Positions 13,919 to 27,160 of a DNA stretch of 64,000 nt are shown here, in pieces. Below the pieces are notes generated by a model. It was not told the origin of the DNA. It saw nothing but the letters and a program-made list of their open reading frames with translations, and ran no database searches. A program made the position numbers and the translations under genes. The stretch is from Felis catus (lineage: Eukaryota): NCBI RefSeq assembly GCF_018350175.1, contig NC_058368.1, forward strand, positions 217,312,001 to 217,376,000, read 5' to 3'. Position 1 is the first letter of the stretch. Each line of letters starts with the position of its first letter.

Positions 13919-15149
13919 ACAAGTGCATTAATTATAGTATGTATGTTTATAAAATTGTAAAAAGAGATCTTAAAAGTTTGCCTTACTTAGCATTCAAATC
14001 TTAAGTGACTAAATTTTGATTACAGTAAGAAGCTAAAAGCCCAGAAAAAAACCACAATAGGCAAAGGAAGAAGGGTCAAGATGAAGATTGTTTCAACATT
14101 ATCTAATCATTACATTATTTAATCATTTAGTTCTCTTCAAATGCTATATTTATAGTCCCCAAAATATACAGCCTCTTTGTTCTTTCATATTTTAATCTTC
14201 AAATTCTTTTCCTAGGTTTGAACCCTGTATTGATTGTCACCAGGATATTGTCTCTTAATCACTCTTTTTTCCAGCTTGCTCATTCATTCCAATATGTCTG
14301 CAAACAATGCCGATGTTAATCTCCTCTAAGCAAGAAAAAATGCAACCATGTTGTACCATTAGACCACTGAGTTCATGATACATTTAATGGGGTTACACAG
14401 AAGTTATGAATATAATCACACGACCATGGCAGGTTTATGTATTGGTGTACATGATGAAAAGAATTACACAAATACCAATGTTAGCATTAAATAAGGAAAT
14501 AAATTAAGAGTAGAAGGTTTTAGGACTGAACACACTGACAGTTTTGCATTCATGAGCAATCCTGGTTTGCTTTCCCAGTATCATCACTCACCAGAGTCTG
14601 TAAATGTGGCATTTTGATGAAGGTTGTCTTTATGTGATTGGTTACTTTCATTTTTTAGATGTTTGAAACAGTCTAAGAAACAAAATAATATATCAAATGG
14701 TGCAAGAGAAAATGAATTCAGGAACTTTATGCGTAGTATTTTGAATGATGAAGGCAAACTTGCAAAACACAAAATTATGCTAGCTAATATATAGTCAGCT
14801 AATAAAAAAGAAATAATTCCTCAAATCAAAGTGATATTTAGGGACATAAAATAATATTAATATTTTCTCTCCATGCTGTACACACATGGCAGAATCTTTG
14901 GCAAACAATGCTAAATACTATCAGGCTTGGAATAATTTTTGAAATAGTCATTTGTTATAATTGGGTCCACATATTTAATAATGCTTAGGGTTTGAACTGA
15001 GTTACATATTCTGGGTTTTAGGATAAATCAAATGAATAACACTGTTATTTTAATGTTGCTGTCTTGAAATAGCCTCTTAGACTTATTCTTCCAAATTTGT
15101 AATTTTGATGAAGACATATGAAAATTTCTGATTGTCAAATTCTTACTGT

Positions 15150-15270
15150 AACTTTAAGATTGGAAAAGATCTTAAGGTCATGTGGTAGCATTATTTTCTA
15201 AATGATGAAATAAGTGAGTAGCAGAACATTAGGTGACTCTTCTACTGTCTCATAGTTTATAGTATAAGTG
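15150..15270 (-). mobile_element. MIR fragment
   Basis: GATTGGAAAAGATCTTAAGGTCAT...TTTTCTAAATGATGAAATAAG. Confidence 0.45.
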
Positions 15271-15854
15271 TTCAAAATAAGGGGAAAAATCTAACAAGAC
15301 AAAATGAAAAAGAATTCTTTTCTCTTAAAAAGTTTGTTTGCACAAATGAATCCTTATTCTCTTTGTAGGCCCCCAAGTGTTGAGATTTTGCAAATTGAAA
15401 AATGCACTGCCCTTGTATCATCCTCAGATAAAATGGGATTTATATTAACTTGTAATTTATTGGCCAAAATTTATTAAATTAACGATAAAAGGAATAATAT
15501 TAATTTGTTAAAAAACCTTTAGTATGGTTTGAAATAATTTGGCTTTCTTACATTGAAGAGTGTCAGTCAGGGCGTGTTATTTGGAGAGATCCAAGCATGC
15601 AAATAAATGTCTGTCTTTGTTTATAGATGTTATATCAATTATCTTTAATTTTTTGCAGTTTTCATTGAGGAATATCCATTATGTACCTGTATATGTGAAA
15701 TTTTAAACTAATTGTGTATTTCTTAATGCATAAGGCGTGCCCATAAAATATTTAAAAAACATAATGGAAAATTTTATTTGCAAACAGAAACTTAAACCCA
15801 TATCTTTTACTCTTACATACATCTATCAACAAACATTGATCATCTCACAATGTA

Positions 15855-16012
15855 TACTTATATTAAATGATCACTTTGTACACCTTAAAGTAAAACATCA
15901 TGTTATATAATAATATATACCATAGATGTGTATATATATGTAACATATATGTATGTTATATATATATATATGTAATTTTTATTTGTTAATTATACTTAAG
16001 TAAAGTGGGAAA
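15855..16012 (+). mobile_element. Old L1 (L1MA/MB-like) extreme 3' end with TA-rich expansion
   Basis: TCACTTTGTACACCTTAAA...ATTTTTATTTGTTAATTATACTTAAGTAAAG. Confidence 0.55.
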
Positions 16013-16447
16013 GAAGGAAAACACAAACAAATTTTCTGAGAAAGTCAGGAATAATAACATATATAAAGAGTTGCTTTAGCGTGTATACATCTGCTATGTT
16101 AGCTAGGAAAATCAGTACAATTTCACCAAATCCTTAGCAAAGCTCACAGATAGTCCTATTTCCCTCAGGTCTCCTTAATACTTGCCCTATTTATTGTGTA
16201 TAATTAACTAAGAAGGAAAGGATGACAGTGGTGACCGCCCCAATTTTCTCTAATCTCTGAACCCTGGAATCAAGGAAGAACATTTTAAAGGTGTGTGAGT
16301 TTTTTCTTGGGAAACACTGATGGCCTGTGGCCCACAAAGAGGTGATAAATGATCCCACTTGGCCGCAGGGGGGACCATGGTTGTTTGAGAAAGTCATAGG
16401 AAGGAGCATTGCACCAAGTGTGATGCGCACCAGAACAATCCAAGTGC

Positions 16448-16672
16448 GGGGGCGCCTGGGTGGCTCAGTCCGTTGAGTGACCGACTTCGGCTCAGGTTAT
16501 GATCTCGCGGTCAGTGAGTTCGAGCCCTGCGTCGGGCTCTGTGCTGACAGCTCAGAGCCTGGAGCCTGTTTCAGATTCTGTGTCTCCCTCTCTCTGACCC
16601 TCCCCCGTTCATGCTCTGTCTCTCTCTGTCTCAAAAATAAATAAACGTTAAAAAAAACCCAAAAAACAAAAA
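16448..16672 (+). mobile_element. Can-SINE
   Basis: Full head/CT/tail; imperfect TSD AACAATCCAAGTG / AACAATGCAAGTG. Confidence 0.95.
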
Positions 16673-17288
16673 AACAATGCAAGTGGGGAGCTGAGTTTTG
16701 TTCTCCTCTAGCGGCCAGGCCTTCTGAAAGGGAAATATGCTTCTCACTGGCTGAAACTGTAAAAAGGAATCACTGCATTTTTATAGGACTTTCTTAAAAT
16801 TTGTGAATATAGTTATTATTGGCATGACTGACTTTTTCAATTAAAAAGAAAATGGTTAGGCTACACATCATAGCATTGTTTTTAGCCACATGTTGATACC
16901 TGCCAAAACAAAATCAAACCACAGCAAACAAACATAAAACCTCTAACTTTTTAACCATTCTAAATTAAACCAATTTTGAAATGGAATTAACTTCTTTCTT
17001 GCTGAAATGAAGTATGCAAAAATGTACTCCAATAAATTTTTTATATGTGTATTTGAAATACAGCTATATGTATTATATAGAGTCCCACACCTTGAAAACA
17101 AACACATATAGGTGTGTTTGTAATTTATGTTTTCTAACATTTATTCAGATTCTTTTCCAAAAGATTTCCTAAAATTCACCTGAGCACTGTTTATAAGTAA
17201 TCTTCCCAGGCAATACACTTACTTACATCCTTATTGGTAAAAACAACACCAAGGAAAGTAACTAAAGCATTTGATAGAAACAACTATA

Positions 17289-17292
<4 letters not shown>

Positions 17293-17325
<33 letters not shown>
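17293..17325. repeat. (GA)n microsatellite
   Basis: Direct observation. Confidence 0.9.
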
Positions 17326-17330
<5 letters not shown>

Positions 17331-17379
17331 ACATTAACGAGTTATTTTCACAATAAGAACTTGGCAAAATTTAGAGCCC

Positions 17380-17880
17380 TAAATTCAGTGGCTTAAATCA
17401 AGTACAGTGATATTAATCACTCTATGGCCTACAGATTGGCTTCCAATGATGGTATTAGACTAGCCCTCAGTGTCCAGCACCCAGCCCCTTGCCTTCAGCC
17501 CCCAGCCCCCATCCCCCAGCCCCCCAGCCCTCTGCCTCCAGCCTCCAGCCTCCAGCCCCAGCCCCCAGCCCCCAGCCCTCTGCCTCCAGCCCCAGCCTCC
17601 AGCTCTCAACCCCCAGCCTCCAACCCCAGGCCCCAGCCTTCAGTCCCTAGTCTCCATATTCCAGCCCCCAGCCCCCACCCTCAGCCTCCAGTCCTCAGTC
17701 TCCAGCCCCCAGCTTCCAGCCTCCAGCCTCTAGTCCTTCAGTCTCTAGGTTTCAGGCTGCACATTGGGTTCCAGTTTACTTCTGGGACCAGCAGGTAGCA
17801 GGTAGCAGGGCTATACCCTCATCTCCATATCATGTTCTGAGGCCCAGGCTCAGACATGTCCTCATGGCAGGTCAATGGCA
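17380..17880 (-). mobile_element. Old MaLR LTR (MLT1I/J-like) hosting a C-rich tandem repeat
   Basis: CAGTGGCTTAAA on the left; CAGGCTGCACATTGGGTT...CTGGGACCAGCAGG...CATGTTCT...CTCATGGCAG on the right. Confidence 0.5.
17474..17742. repeat. Degenerate 6/7-mer tandem repeat (CCCCAG / CCTCCAG)
   Basis: About 40 imperfect units; explains the Pro-rich ORFs 17424 and 17470. Confidence 0.9.
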
Positions 17881-18292
17881 TATAATACAGCTAATGCAAC
17901 ACTGCAAATGCATTTCTCTTACAATTTACTGTAGCTGCAAGCATATATATTCCAGTTTAACTTTTCTGAGTAACACATTTGGATTCCTGGGACATTTGTT
18001 AGCAAATAATATAATATTTGTTTCTTCTTATGCTTTTCTAACAATTTAGCTGTGAGAATGACTTTTCAAAATTTAATATGAGAAAGCAAGATGCAACCTT
18101 TTTTTTTCCTGTGAAAGGAAGAGAATGTTTAAGAGACTAACCTTGTCTAAACTATGATTTTTTTATTGAATTATTTTTAGCTAAGCTAAAATAACACTGT
18201 CGTGAGAGTTTATTATCCACCAATAGATTGAAAACAAGTTTTGCAAAAAAATAAGCATGAAGGGCGTCTACTCAGAATGTAATTAATTTGTT

Positions 18293-18506
18293 GGGGCATC
18301 TGGGTGGCTCAGTCAGTTAAGCACCCAACTCTTGATCTCAGCTCGTGATCTCATTGTTCATGAGATAGAGACCCATATCAAGCTCTGCACTGGCAGCACA
18401 GAGCCTGCTTGGGATTCTCTCTCTCCCTCTCTCTTTCTACTCTTACCCCACTTCCTCTCTCTCTCTCTTTCTCTCTCTGTCTCAAATTAAAAATAAACTT
18501 TAAAAA
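18293..18506 (+). mobile_element. Older Can-SINE
   Basis: TSD AGAATGTAATTAATTTG at 18274-18290 and 18507-18523. Confidence 0.93.
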
Positions 18507-19004
18507 AGAATGTAATTAATTTGATTTTACAGAATTAAGAGAAACATCTCAGATCCAAGTTTATGCAAGGTGCACACACATACACATGCATATAGTTTCC
18601 CTCTAGTCATTTTTAAGATTTAACTGGAAAAAGCATTACTCACACTTGATGGTTTTTAACCCTTGAGTCTTTGAGAAATATTTTGCTATTGTGGTAAATT
18701 CTTACCAGATAATGCCCAATCACTTCTTCCTTTTCTTACCTCTAGGTTAACTGACCACATCCTTTCAAATCATATTTTAAAAGGACATTGTGCACAACTA
18801 TAATGTTTAGCAATTTTAATACAGTTTTGCTACCTCCCTAACAAGAATATTCATGTAATATCTAAGTAACTTTATTAAGCTCTCTTTAGTTTGAAATAAG
18901 TATTTTACTTCTCAATAAAGGCCAATTGAGGTTAGCAAATGTAAAGTACATAAAGTCTCAGTGAAGTACATGTCTTGGGAAAGGACCACAAGAATATATG
19001 ATAC

Positions 19005-19175
19005 TTTATGGCTTATAAACTTGGCTGCTAATAAGAATCACCTGGGAAGTTTGTTAATAATACAGATTCCCAAAACACAACCCAGACATAATGAAGCAGA
19101 ATCTCCAGAAAGGGGGCATGGGTTTTCTGTTTTTTAATAAGTGTCTCAAATGAGTTGTATTATTTGATGATTATG
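19005..19175. mobile_element. MER5-like hAT-Charlie MITE
   Basis: AAACTTGGCTGC..AGAATCACCTGGGAAGTTTGTTAATAATACAGATTCC...GCAGAATCTCC. Confidence 0.7.
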
Positions 19176-19524
19176 TTTGAAACTTAAGTGCAAGGCCAGA
19201 TGTGTGGCATGACTGGCAATAATAAATGAGAGTCCTCCAGTTGTGCTAAGACATTTAGTTTTCACAGTAGTTGAAGAGTCATCAATATATCTTAATTATG
19301 AACAAATGAGCAAACATGTATCTGAAAGATAACTCTAACAGCAATGAGATAAATGGCAGTCGAGGCAAGAAAGCCAATGCATGACATTTGTGATTCAGGT
19401 GTCCAGTGAGGAGGACAGATAATAGGACAGTGACTTGAGGCACTTTCAAAAAAGGCTTTAAAAGATATGATGAAGTTGTCTTAACCCAACTTGCTGATTA
19501 AATATTAGGGTTAAGAATAATCTA

Positions 19525-19918
19525 TTGTAGTATTTTTCTCAGGCTGCAATAACAAAATGCCACACACTGGATGATTTAAACAACAGAAATTTATTTTCTC
19601 ATGATTTTGGAGGTTAGAAGTCCAAGGTCAAGATGTTAACACATGTGGTTTCTCTTGAGGCTTCCCTCCTTGGTTTGCAGATCACCATCTTGTTGCAGCC
19701 TCCTCACATGATATTCCCTCTGTGCCGTCACATAACCCTGGTGTCTCTTTGTGGTTCCAAAGTTCTTCTTAGAAGGACATCCCTCAGATTGGACAAAGGC
19801 CCATCCCAAGGGCATCATTTTAATGTAATCACACACAAAAAGGTTTATCACATTCCGGAGTACCGTAAGTTAGAACTTCAGCATATGAATTTGAGGGGAT
19901 ATAATTCATACCACAGCA
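19525..19918 (-). mobile_element. MaLR solo LTR (MLT1A/B-like)
   Basis: GGCTGCAATAACAAAATGCCAC...AAACAACAGAAATTTATTTTCTC...GAAGTCCAAGGTCAAG. Confidence 0.88.
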
Positions 19919-20059
19919 TGTGTAAAGCTCAGAAGACTCCAAGTATGATGTTATGACAATTGAGTAGGTGTTGATGCCCTTCTATAATGTGCCTACATGG
20001 CACATTTTCAAACAGACCATACTATCCATATTGCTTGTCTTTGATATGTATTCCTTACC

Positions 20060-20478
20060 TTATGGAAAGAGCCTAAATGTCTATCAATTGATGAATGGAT
20101 AAAGAAATTGTGGAATACTACGTGGCAATGAGAAAGAATGAAATATGGCCTTTTGTAGCAACGTGGATGAAACTAGAGTGTTATGCTAAGTGAAATAAGT
20201 CAGGCAAAGAAAGACAGATACCATATGTTTTCACTCTTATGTGGATCCTGAGAAACTTAACAGAAGACCATAGGGGAGGGGAAGGAAAAAAAAAAGGTTA
20301 GAGAGGGAGGGAGCCAAACCATAAGAGAAAAAACTGAGAACAAACTGAGGGTTGATGGGGGGTAGGAGGGATGGGAGGGTGGGTGATGGGCATTGAGGAG
20401 GGCACCTGTTGGGAGGAGCACTGGGTGTTGTATGGAAACCAATTTGACAATAAATTTCATATTTAAAAACAAATGAAA
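20060..20478 (+). mobile_element. Feline L1, 5'-truncated (ORF2 tail plus 3'UTR)
   Basis: Near-identical to 46850-47290 in this window, with G-rich 3'UTR and AATAAA. Confidence 0.93.
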
Positions 20479-23274
20479 TGCCTGTGGTAAATTAAAGCAA
20501 AGAAGCAGGTAGACAACATATTGTATGTATATGTGTAGGAAAGTTTGTGTGTGTGTGTGTGCGTGTATGTGTGTTCATATAGATTGGCTATATATAACAA
20601 CGTTACTAAATTTGAAAATGTATTATAAATTGTGGGAAATTGGATAGCAAATAGTTCTTATAGTTTTACTTCAGAATATCCAAAAATTATTATAATGGGT
20701 TAATTTGAAACTAATTCTTCTTTCCCCTTCCATCCATACTAGTTGTACAACCAACAACTTTAAACCCCTCTCCCCTTAGTGAGCAAAGCTTCATTACTTG
20801 CTTCATTAGTTTAAGCTTAGTTTACTTAGCCTTTCTGATTCTCTGCTTTGTGCTGTTCCTTATGTGTAGCTGGATGAAAAATAGAGTGGTTGGTTAGGTA
20901 TTTCTGAACTAGCACAATCTCCATTGTCTTGATTGTCTTTTGAGAAACTGATGTCTTAGCTATTTGATACATTTCTGCAAAGTTTCTACCTTTTTGTTTT
21001 TTGTAATTAATCTTCCCTTTCTGTGTTTTGGTAAGAATTAGTTATTTTCATTCAATTAGAACATAAAAGACCATGTATTACAAACAGCTTTCCAATATGA
21101 TTTAGTGTTATAAATGCGTGCTTATATGAGACAGTAAGATTTCAAAAAAAAAATGACTCCAAAATATTTGAGACCCCAATCTATGACAGAATCATAGAAA
21201 ACATTATTAAATAGGAAGATCTCAGAAAAATCTCTTAAGAGAAATCATGTCCAGTGATTTTTTTTCCTATAAATATAAGAGAGTCATCAGGATTTTATGA
21301 GCCCCCAGTTTGTAGGGGAATCACAGCAATGCAAATCTGTGCGCTAATGCTATACTATTTTAAAAGAATATCTCCTTACACACGAATGCTAATTGATTTA
21401 TACAAGCAGTCTACTGCCTTCAATTTACTATGCTCCTTGTTTTTGGTGAAACTAACACAATAACATTTTCTTTAAGCGATTTTACAAGAAAACTTTTAGT
21501 AAAATACAGTGAAACATCTCTCTTGTCTATGGAGTTCACATTATTCTTAGTTTTCCTGAAAAGGAGTGTCAATAATAGTATCTACATTATTATATCAAAA
21601 AACCTAATGCATTTCTCTCAGTTTATATAAGTTAGATGGAAAAAAATATATCTGTATCTCACATATATATTTTCAATCACATGTTTAATATTATGTGCAT
21701 GTGTATTATTTCCTTTGAAAATACTCTTTCTACAATACTTAAAATTCAAATTTCATTTATTAAGAATATTTTTGTTGACGTAGACTTTTGGACAAGGGCA
21801 ATTCAAATAAGTATAATGTTACAAGGATGTATTATGCTGGTAACAGAAATATTATTTGAAAGTTCATATTCATTTCTTTTCCATGAAGGAGTTGAACAAT
21901 TAATTATCAAAACGGGGTGGGGGGAGCTCTAAGACTTCAGACATACCCTACTAATGTTTGGTCATGAGTCATCCTAGACCATCTGCATGATGACAATAAA
22001 TCAGTAAAAAAAATATGCCCATGTGTTTCTTCAATTCTACCTCCTCCCCCAAACTGTTTTTCATTTCCCACTGATGGTGATTATATTTACTTACATAAAT
22101 ATGGTTAAAAAAAGATCATTGTGTCTTTCCAGCTACAATTACCTAGGAATTGTGCCTCAGTCATAGCTTGCATTGGTTTAGACCCACCTTCAAATATCTA
22201 GGGAGCCCAGTGTCTCTGTATCCTTTTGAATACTAAGCTGCAGATTTTTCTTCTTGTTTTGTTTTGTTTTGTTGTGTTTTATTTTTGTATTGAAGGATAG
22301 TTAACATATAATGTTACATTAGTTTCAAATGTATAACATATTTTTCTTTACAGTTTAATTAATGTTCTCCTTCATTCTTACAAAAGGGAAGACCCAGCCA
22401 TGGAGTCTAACTTTAAGCAGTGGCATATATGCATGTGCTTGAGCCACTGAGTTACTCCAGGACCTGGACAAATTGTCTATCTCATTGTCTCCAAGATGTT
22501 GCTGCATTTCAAATGGATACAAACTCATGTATTTTAGATATTTCAGTTTTTTGTCTGTTTTTTTTTCCGGGGTGTTTTGTGTTAACATTTAGGGGACTGA
22601 AATGTAAGCTGCTTATAATAAAAATAAGTAACAGGTTTAACAGTTGTTGTTTTACTAAATGTTAGATGTGCACACATAAATAGGTGTTCAGAAAGGCTCA
22701 GTAACATGCCCAAAGTTGCTGTGTCAGAGTTAAAAAATATACATCCCTATCTCTACCTGGTGATTCCTTTTCTTGGTATACCACAATGCCTCTAAGAAAG
22801 GCAAGATTCTTTGCTGACAGAGGTTAATTTAATCCAGAATCTTATTTTTAGTAGGCTGGGGATGTCGTTTAATGCTATGGATGGGATGACTCTATTAGTT
22901 CTAGGCTAGACCTGCACTTAGACTGTCTTTAAAACTAACCTTTTTTTTTTTTTTTACAATATTCCATGTATGTTTCAAAATTTCAATAAACTCTGTATAC
23001 GAACTTTATATAGATCCAATCCAATTTATTTCAAATGGAAAATAATTAATGTGTTAATTTGACACAAAGTCTTACAATTTTTTGCTATTTATTTTCTAAT
23101 TTGTGGGTACTCTAACTTTTGTTCTCTAAAAATCTGATTTAGTGACACTTGATTTTTACCTACTAGATTTTTACAAATTTCTCATATTACAAGTCTAAAC
23201 TATTGGCCAACTATTCCTACTTTTACTATTTAATTTGAATATGCAAAAATGATTCCCATATAAATTCCTCCAAG

Positions 23275-23920
23275 TTTGGCCTTGTCTGATTTCCAGACTC
23301 ATATAGCGAACTGACTTTGTGATATCACCACCCATGTATTGACAATGTATTTTCAACTCAACATGCATAAAATAGAAATCCTCTTTTTGCCAACACCACT
23401 TCATCACTCTAGGGGAAAAAATAATTTTTCCTCTACCCTTCTAGGTTCTTGACCAAGACCCTCACCCCCATAATAAAAGACAGAAGTTTAATAACATGTA
23501 TAGCTCCTATATACATGGGAGATAATGAGGAAAACTGAGTAACTCCCCAAAATGGACAAAATTGATACCTTAAATACCATCTCCATATAAAGATAAAAGA
23601 TGTTGGTCATCAGGCTGGTTTGCAAGGTTACCAGAACAGCACAGCAAAAAGAGTGAGGCTATTATGCAGATTTAGGTCATTGTCTTCTCCACTGATCAGA
23701 GTTTCTAGACATATTTTAGGGTGGCAAACTGTTCCCCCCTTCATCACTGAACCTGCTCTTCTCCCACTCTTCTACAAGTTCATAAAAGGCAACATTATTC
23801 ACACACTTGTTTAAGCCAAACATGGGATTCAACTTTGATTTATTTTTACCACACATCTCACTTCATATCATGAAAAAATCCTATCTGCTTTAAATTAAAA
23901 TAAATAAAATATTTGACCAA
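23275..23920 (+). mobile_element. L2 fragment interrupted by an LTR
   Basis: CCAGACTCATATAGCGAACTG...CAACTCAACATGCATAAAATAGAAATC and CTGCTCTTCTCCC...AAGCCAAA on either side of the LTR. Confidence 0.6.
23408..23743 (-). mobile_element. MER34/CarLTR-like ERV1 solo LTR (shorter variant)
   Basis: Homologous to 12315-12842; 4-bp TSD TCAC at 23404-23407 and 23744-23747. Confidence 0.8.
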
Positions 23921-23989
23921 TTGTGTTCTGTCATAGACACATCCATATCTTTATGCTTTGATAATGAGATCTTTTATTTTCTGTTTATG

Positions 23990-24265
23990 TTTTTCACCAT
24001 AAGGACAAGTCTGGAACCTTCCCGGAGTTTCAGAGTCCACTTGTAGCATAGCCAAGACCTAGCCATGGCAAGATCACCCTAGACCAGCCCGGCTATCAAC
24101 CAACCACACAAATCCAGCTGAGATCAGTGAACCTGCACCAGTTAATAAGAACATCCTGGACAATCCACAGGCCTGAGGGGGAGAGTTTATTGGTTTTTTT
24201 CCCATGATATATTGTGTTTTTTTGTTTTTGTTTTGTCTTTCCATAGTGATGTAAGATAATTTAAC
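23990..24265 (+). mobile_element. Old MaLR LTR fragment (MLT1I/J/K-like)
   Basis: CCCTAGACCAGCC...CAGCTGAGATCAG...CCACAGGCCTGAG pattern. Confidence 0.4.
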
Positions 24266-24424
24266 ATGAGCAGAGTTATTCTACAAATGTTTACCTTAAG
24301 TTAGTGTTTTATTACAGTACAGTAGAATAATTTATTATTATGTTGATTATACATTTTGGATATTTTAAAACTAAGGTTATTTATAGCACCTTGGTGTGAA
24401 ATTATACACAATGTATCTGTTTTG

Positions 24425-24646
24425 TTTTTTTTAATTTTTTTTTAACGTTTATTTATTTTTGAGACAGAGAGAGACAGAACATGAACGGGGGAGGGGCAGA
24501 TAGAGACGGAGACACAGAATCGGAAGCAAGCTCCAGGCTCTGAGCCATCAGCCCAGAGCCCGACTCGGGGCTCGAACTCACGGACCGCGAGATTGTGACC
24601 TGAGCCGAAGTCGGTCACTCAACCGACTGAGCCACCCAGGTGCCCC
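24425..24646 (-). mobile_element. Fairly young Can-SINE
   Basis: Reverse SINE; TSD core TGTATCTGTTTT on both sides. Confidence 0.95.
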
Positions 24647-25839
24647 ATAGTGTATCTGTTTTTACAAAAATTTTCAAGAATCCTTAGTGAATAGCCATTT
24701 TTTTTTGCTATTTAAATAATAACACAGTGTTAAAGCTTATTGTTTTGAAAAAATAACTGTTGCAGAAGTAATTCTCCAAAAATTGAATTAATCTATACCC
24801 AATTGATGGCTTTTGAAGTAAAATCCATTTAAAGTGTTTCGAATGTAAATATCTTTCTTGGTAAGTGGATTACACACCTCATCCCTTAGTACACAACCAT
24901 CAATTCTGCTTTCATCCTTGAACAGTAATGCCATTTATGACATATAAGCAAGCTTGCATTTGGTTAGTAAGTTGGATGAGAGTCATCTATATTTACTGTC
25001 AAAAGCAGCAGCAGAGTTCTCGCATCTGTACAAATAAATTCACTTCCAGTGTGAAACTATACATCTCTCCTCAATAGGCTTTTACAAAAGAATGAAAAAG
25101 AAACCCAGCCTCATATAGCTATATAAATTACGAAAGTAATAATTAGTCCAATTTCACATGGTCAAGGGTCATCTGGGTTATAGGTCAGGTAAATTTTGAC
25201 TATAGCATAACAAAAGTAGAAACTATTTTCACAGGAAAGAAGTAGGCAGACAGGAAGAGAATCAAAGTACTAGTTTAGTTTTAGGAAGTTTGACTGCTAA
25301 TGAGAGATAATGATTATCCTAAGTATAATGTCAGGTTAAATGCACTAGGGCACTAGGGTAGGAAGACAGAATAGAATGGTAGTTAAACTCAAATATAAAT
25401 ACTTAACAATGCAATAATTTCTAGGAGCCTTGAAACAAAGGTATGGACTGTGCTTACTGAAATTACTAGGAGGACTACATAGGATTGTAGTTGAAGTGAC
25501 TCTGGAAGTTTATACACCAAGTGACCTATTTAGTGATATAAGCAAATTGTTTTGTATCCTGAAAATGCAATATAAAATCTCTATAAAAGGGAAGATGAAA
25601 TTGCTTGAAATATATCTGTTTTTCCCTTTAGCTTTTTTTATGGAGAATAAAATCCTTCAAGCAGGCCTGGAAAAAAAAAGATTTGTGGAAAGGCTGTAGT
25701 GAAAATTTTGTCATATAGCAAAGACAAGACATTGAAGGAAAGGTGAATGGAGAAATATAGTACACAAGACTCAACAAAAACAATGTTAATGAGAACAGAG
25801 AGAAGGGGAGAATGTCAAGAGATTACATTAGAGTATTGC

Positions 25840-26372
25840 TCTCTATAATTTGCTTTTCACAGGGAAGCAAGGTGTATGCTTTTAAAATGTGAATCAGATC
25901 AAGACACTCAACTATTCAAAACCTTTCAATGCACTCCCACCTTCACTTATAATAAAAGCCAAAAGCATTACCTTTAATGACATATCTGATCTCATTGTCA
26001 ACTACTCATCACTTATCCTTTTTCAGCCACACTGGTTTGGTTGATCTTCCTCAAATGCACTCAGCACTGTCTGTTGTGGGACATTTACATTTTCTCTTTC
26101 TTCTGCCTAAAAGGCTCTTCAGGACTTATCCCTTACTTCCAGGCCTTGCTCAAATTGTACACTCTTGATGAATTCAATTCTGACCATCTCAATTAAAATT
26201 GCATCCCACGAATGCTGCCTTTAAAATACCCCTTAGTGTACTCTATTTATTTCCACAGCACATATCTCCTTTCAACATATGCTTATATGTACTATCATTG
26301 TCCATCTAAAGCATCTAAAAGGGCACCTTTCTCAGAGTATTCACTCAATCAATATTTGTTAAATTGAATTGT
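25840..26372 (+). mobile_element. L2 3' end
   Basis: TTTTAAAATGTGAATCAGATC...AAAACCTTTCAATG...CAGCCACACTGG...CACTCAATCAATATTTGTTAAATTGAAT. Confidence 0.75.
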
Positions 26373-26639
26373 CTCCACAGAAAGAATGCAAAGCTAAGTG
26401 GTCACAGTGGTGAGAATAAATACAGATTTATCAGAGGAATAAGGAACACTTCATTCAGTGGAAGAATGGTAAAGATATAACAGAAGTCTAAAAAAATCAT
26501 GTTACCTTATTAATACATCCAACAAAATTACCACATTAAAGATTGTTAGTGACAATCTTTCACAGAATATAAAAAGTGATATAACTTGAACATTTCTGCT
26601 TGGGAGATGATACATATAAGCATATATACCTATATCTGT

Positions 26640-26745
26640 ATCTCTTTCTCTCTCTCTCTCTCTCTATATATATATTACATATATACATATATACATTACA
26701 TATATACATATATATTACATATATATATATACATATATATCTATG
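26640..26745. repeat. (CT)n followed by degenerate (TA)n/(TATATTACA)n
   Basis: Direct observation. Confidence 0.9.
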
Positions 26746-27006
26746 TAAATGTACTTGGACTAACTTACCTATTTATGTCAATCACTGGCTATTGCCTAGT
26801 GTTGCATATTATATTGGGAAAAAAATACAGTTAGAAAGAATGAAGTGTTTAATTTTAGAGAATGAATATTTAGGTAGGAAATACCAGGGTTTATATCATG
26901 TTTGTATATATATGTATTTAGTGAGTGTGTATTTATACATGCATATGCCTATCTATGTCTAAGTATAATACACAAATAAAGCAATTACACAAAATATGGT
27001 AAATGA

Positions 27007-27116
27007 GGGGTCCCCAACTAGCTCAGTCAGTAGAGCATGTAACTTTTGGTCTCTGGGGTTGTAAGTTTGAGCCCCATATTGGGTGTAGAAATTACTTAAA
27101 AATAATTTTTAAAAAG
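27007..27116 (+). mobile_element. Short-form carnivore tRNA(Lys)-like SINE lacking the CT tract
   Basis: GCTCAGTCAGTAGAGCATG...GTTTGAGCCCCATATTGGGTGTAGAAATTACTTAAAAATAA. Confidence 0.8.
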
Positions 27117-27160
27117 ATGACAAATGATAGATTAGGAAAAAAAATTAATGGTAAAATAAC

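Noticed and set aside
17424..17798. 124-aa Pro/Gln/Ser-rich ORF
   Set aside because: Translation of a stop-poor tandem repeat; no splice or protein-family support.
12315..23743. Two same-strand related LTRs 11 kb apart as ends of one provirus
   Set aside because: The 23408 LTR has its own TSD inside an L2, the lengths differ, and no retroviral internal sequence was seen between them.
26586..26962. Tyr/Ile-rich ORFs (also 989-1183)
   Set aside because: Products of TA microsatellites.
27007..27085. Possible tRNA-Lys gene
   Set aside because: Diverged, with SINE-type leader and tail; it is a tRNA-derived SINE.
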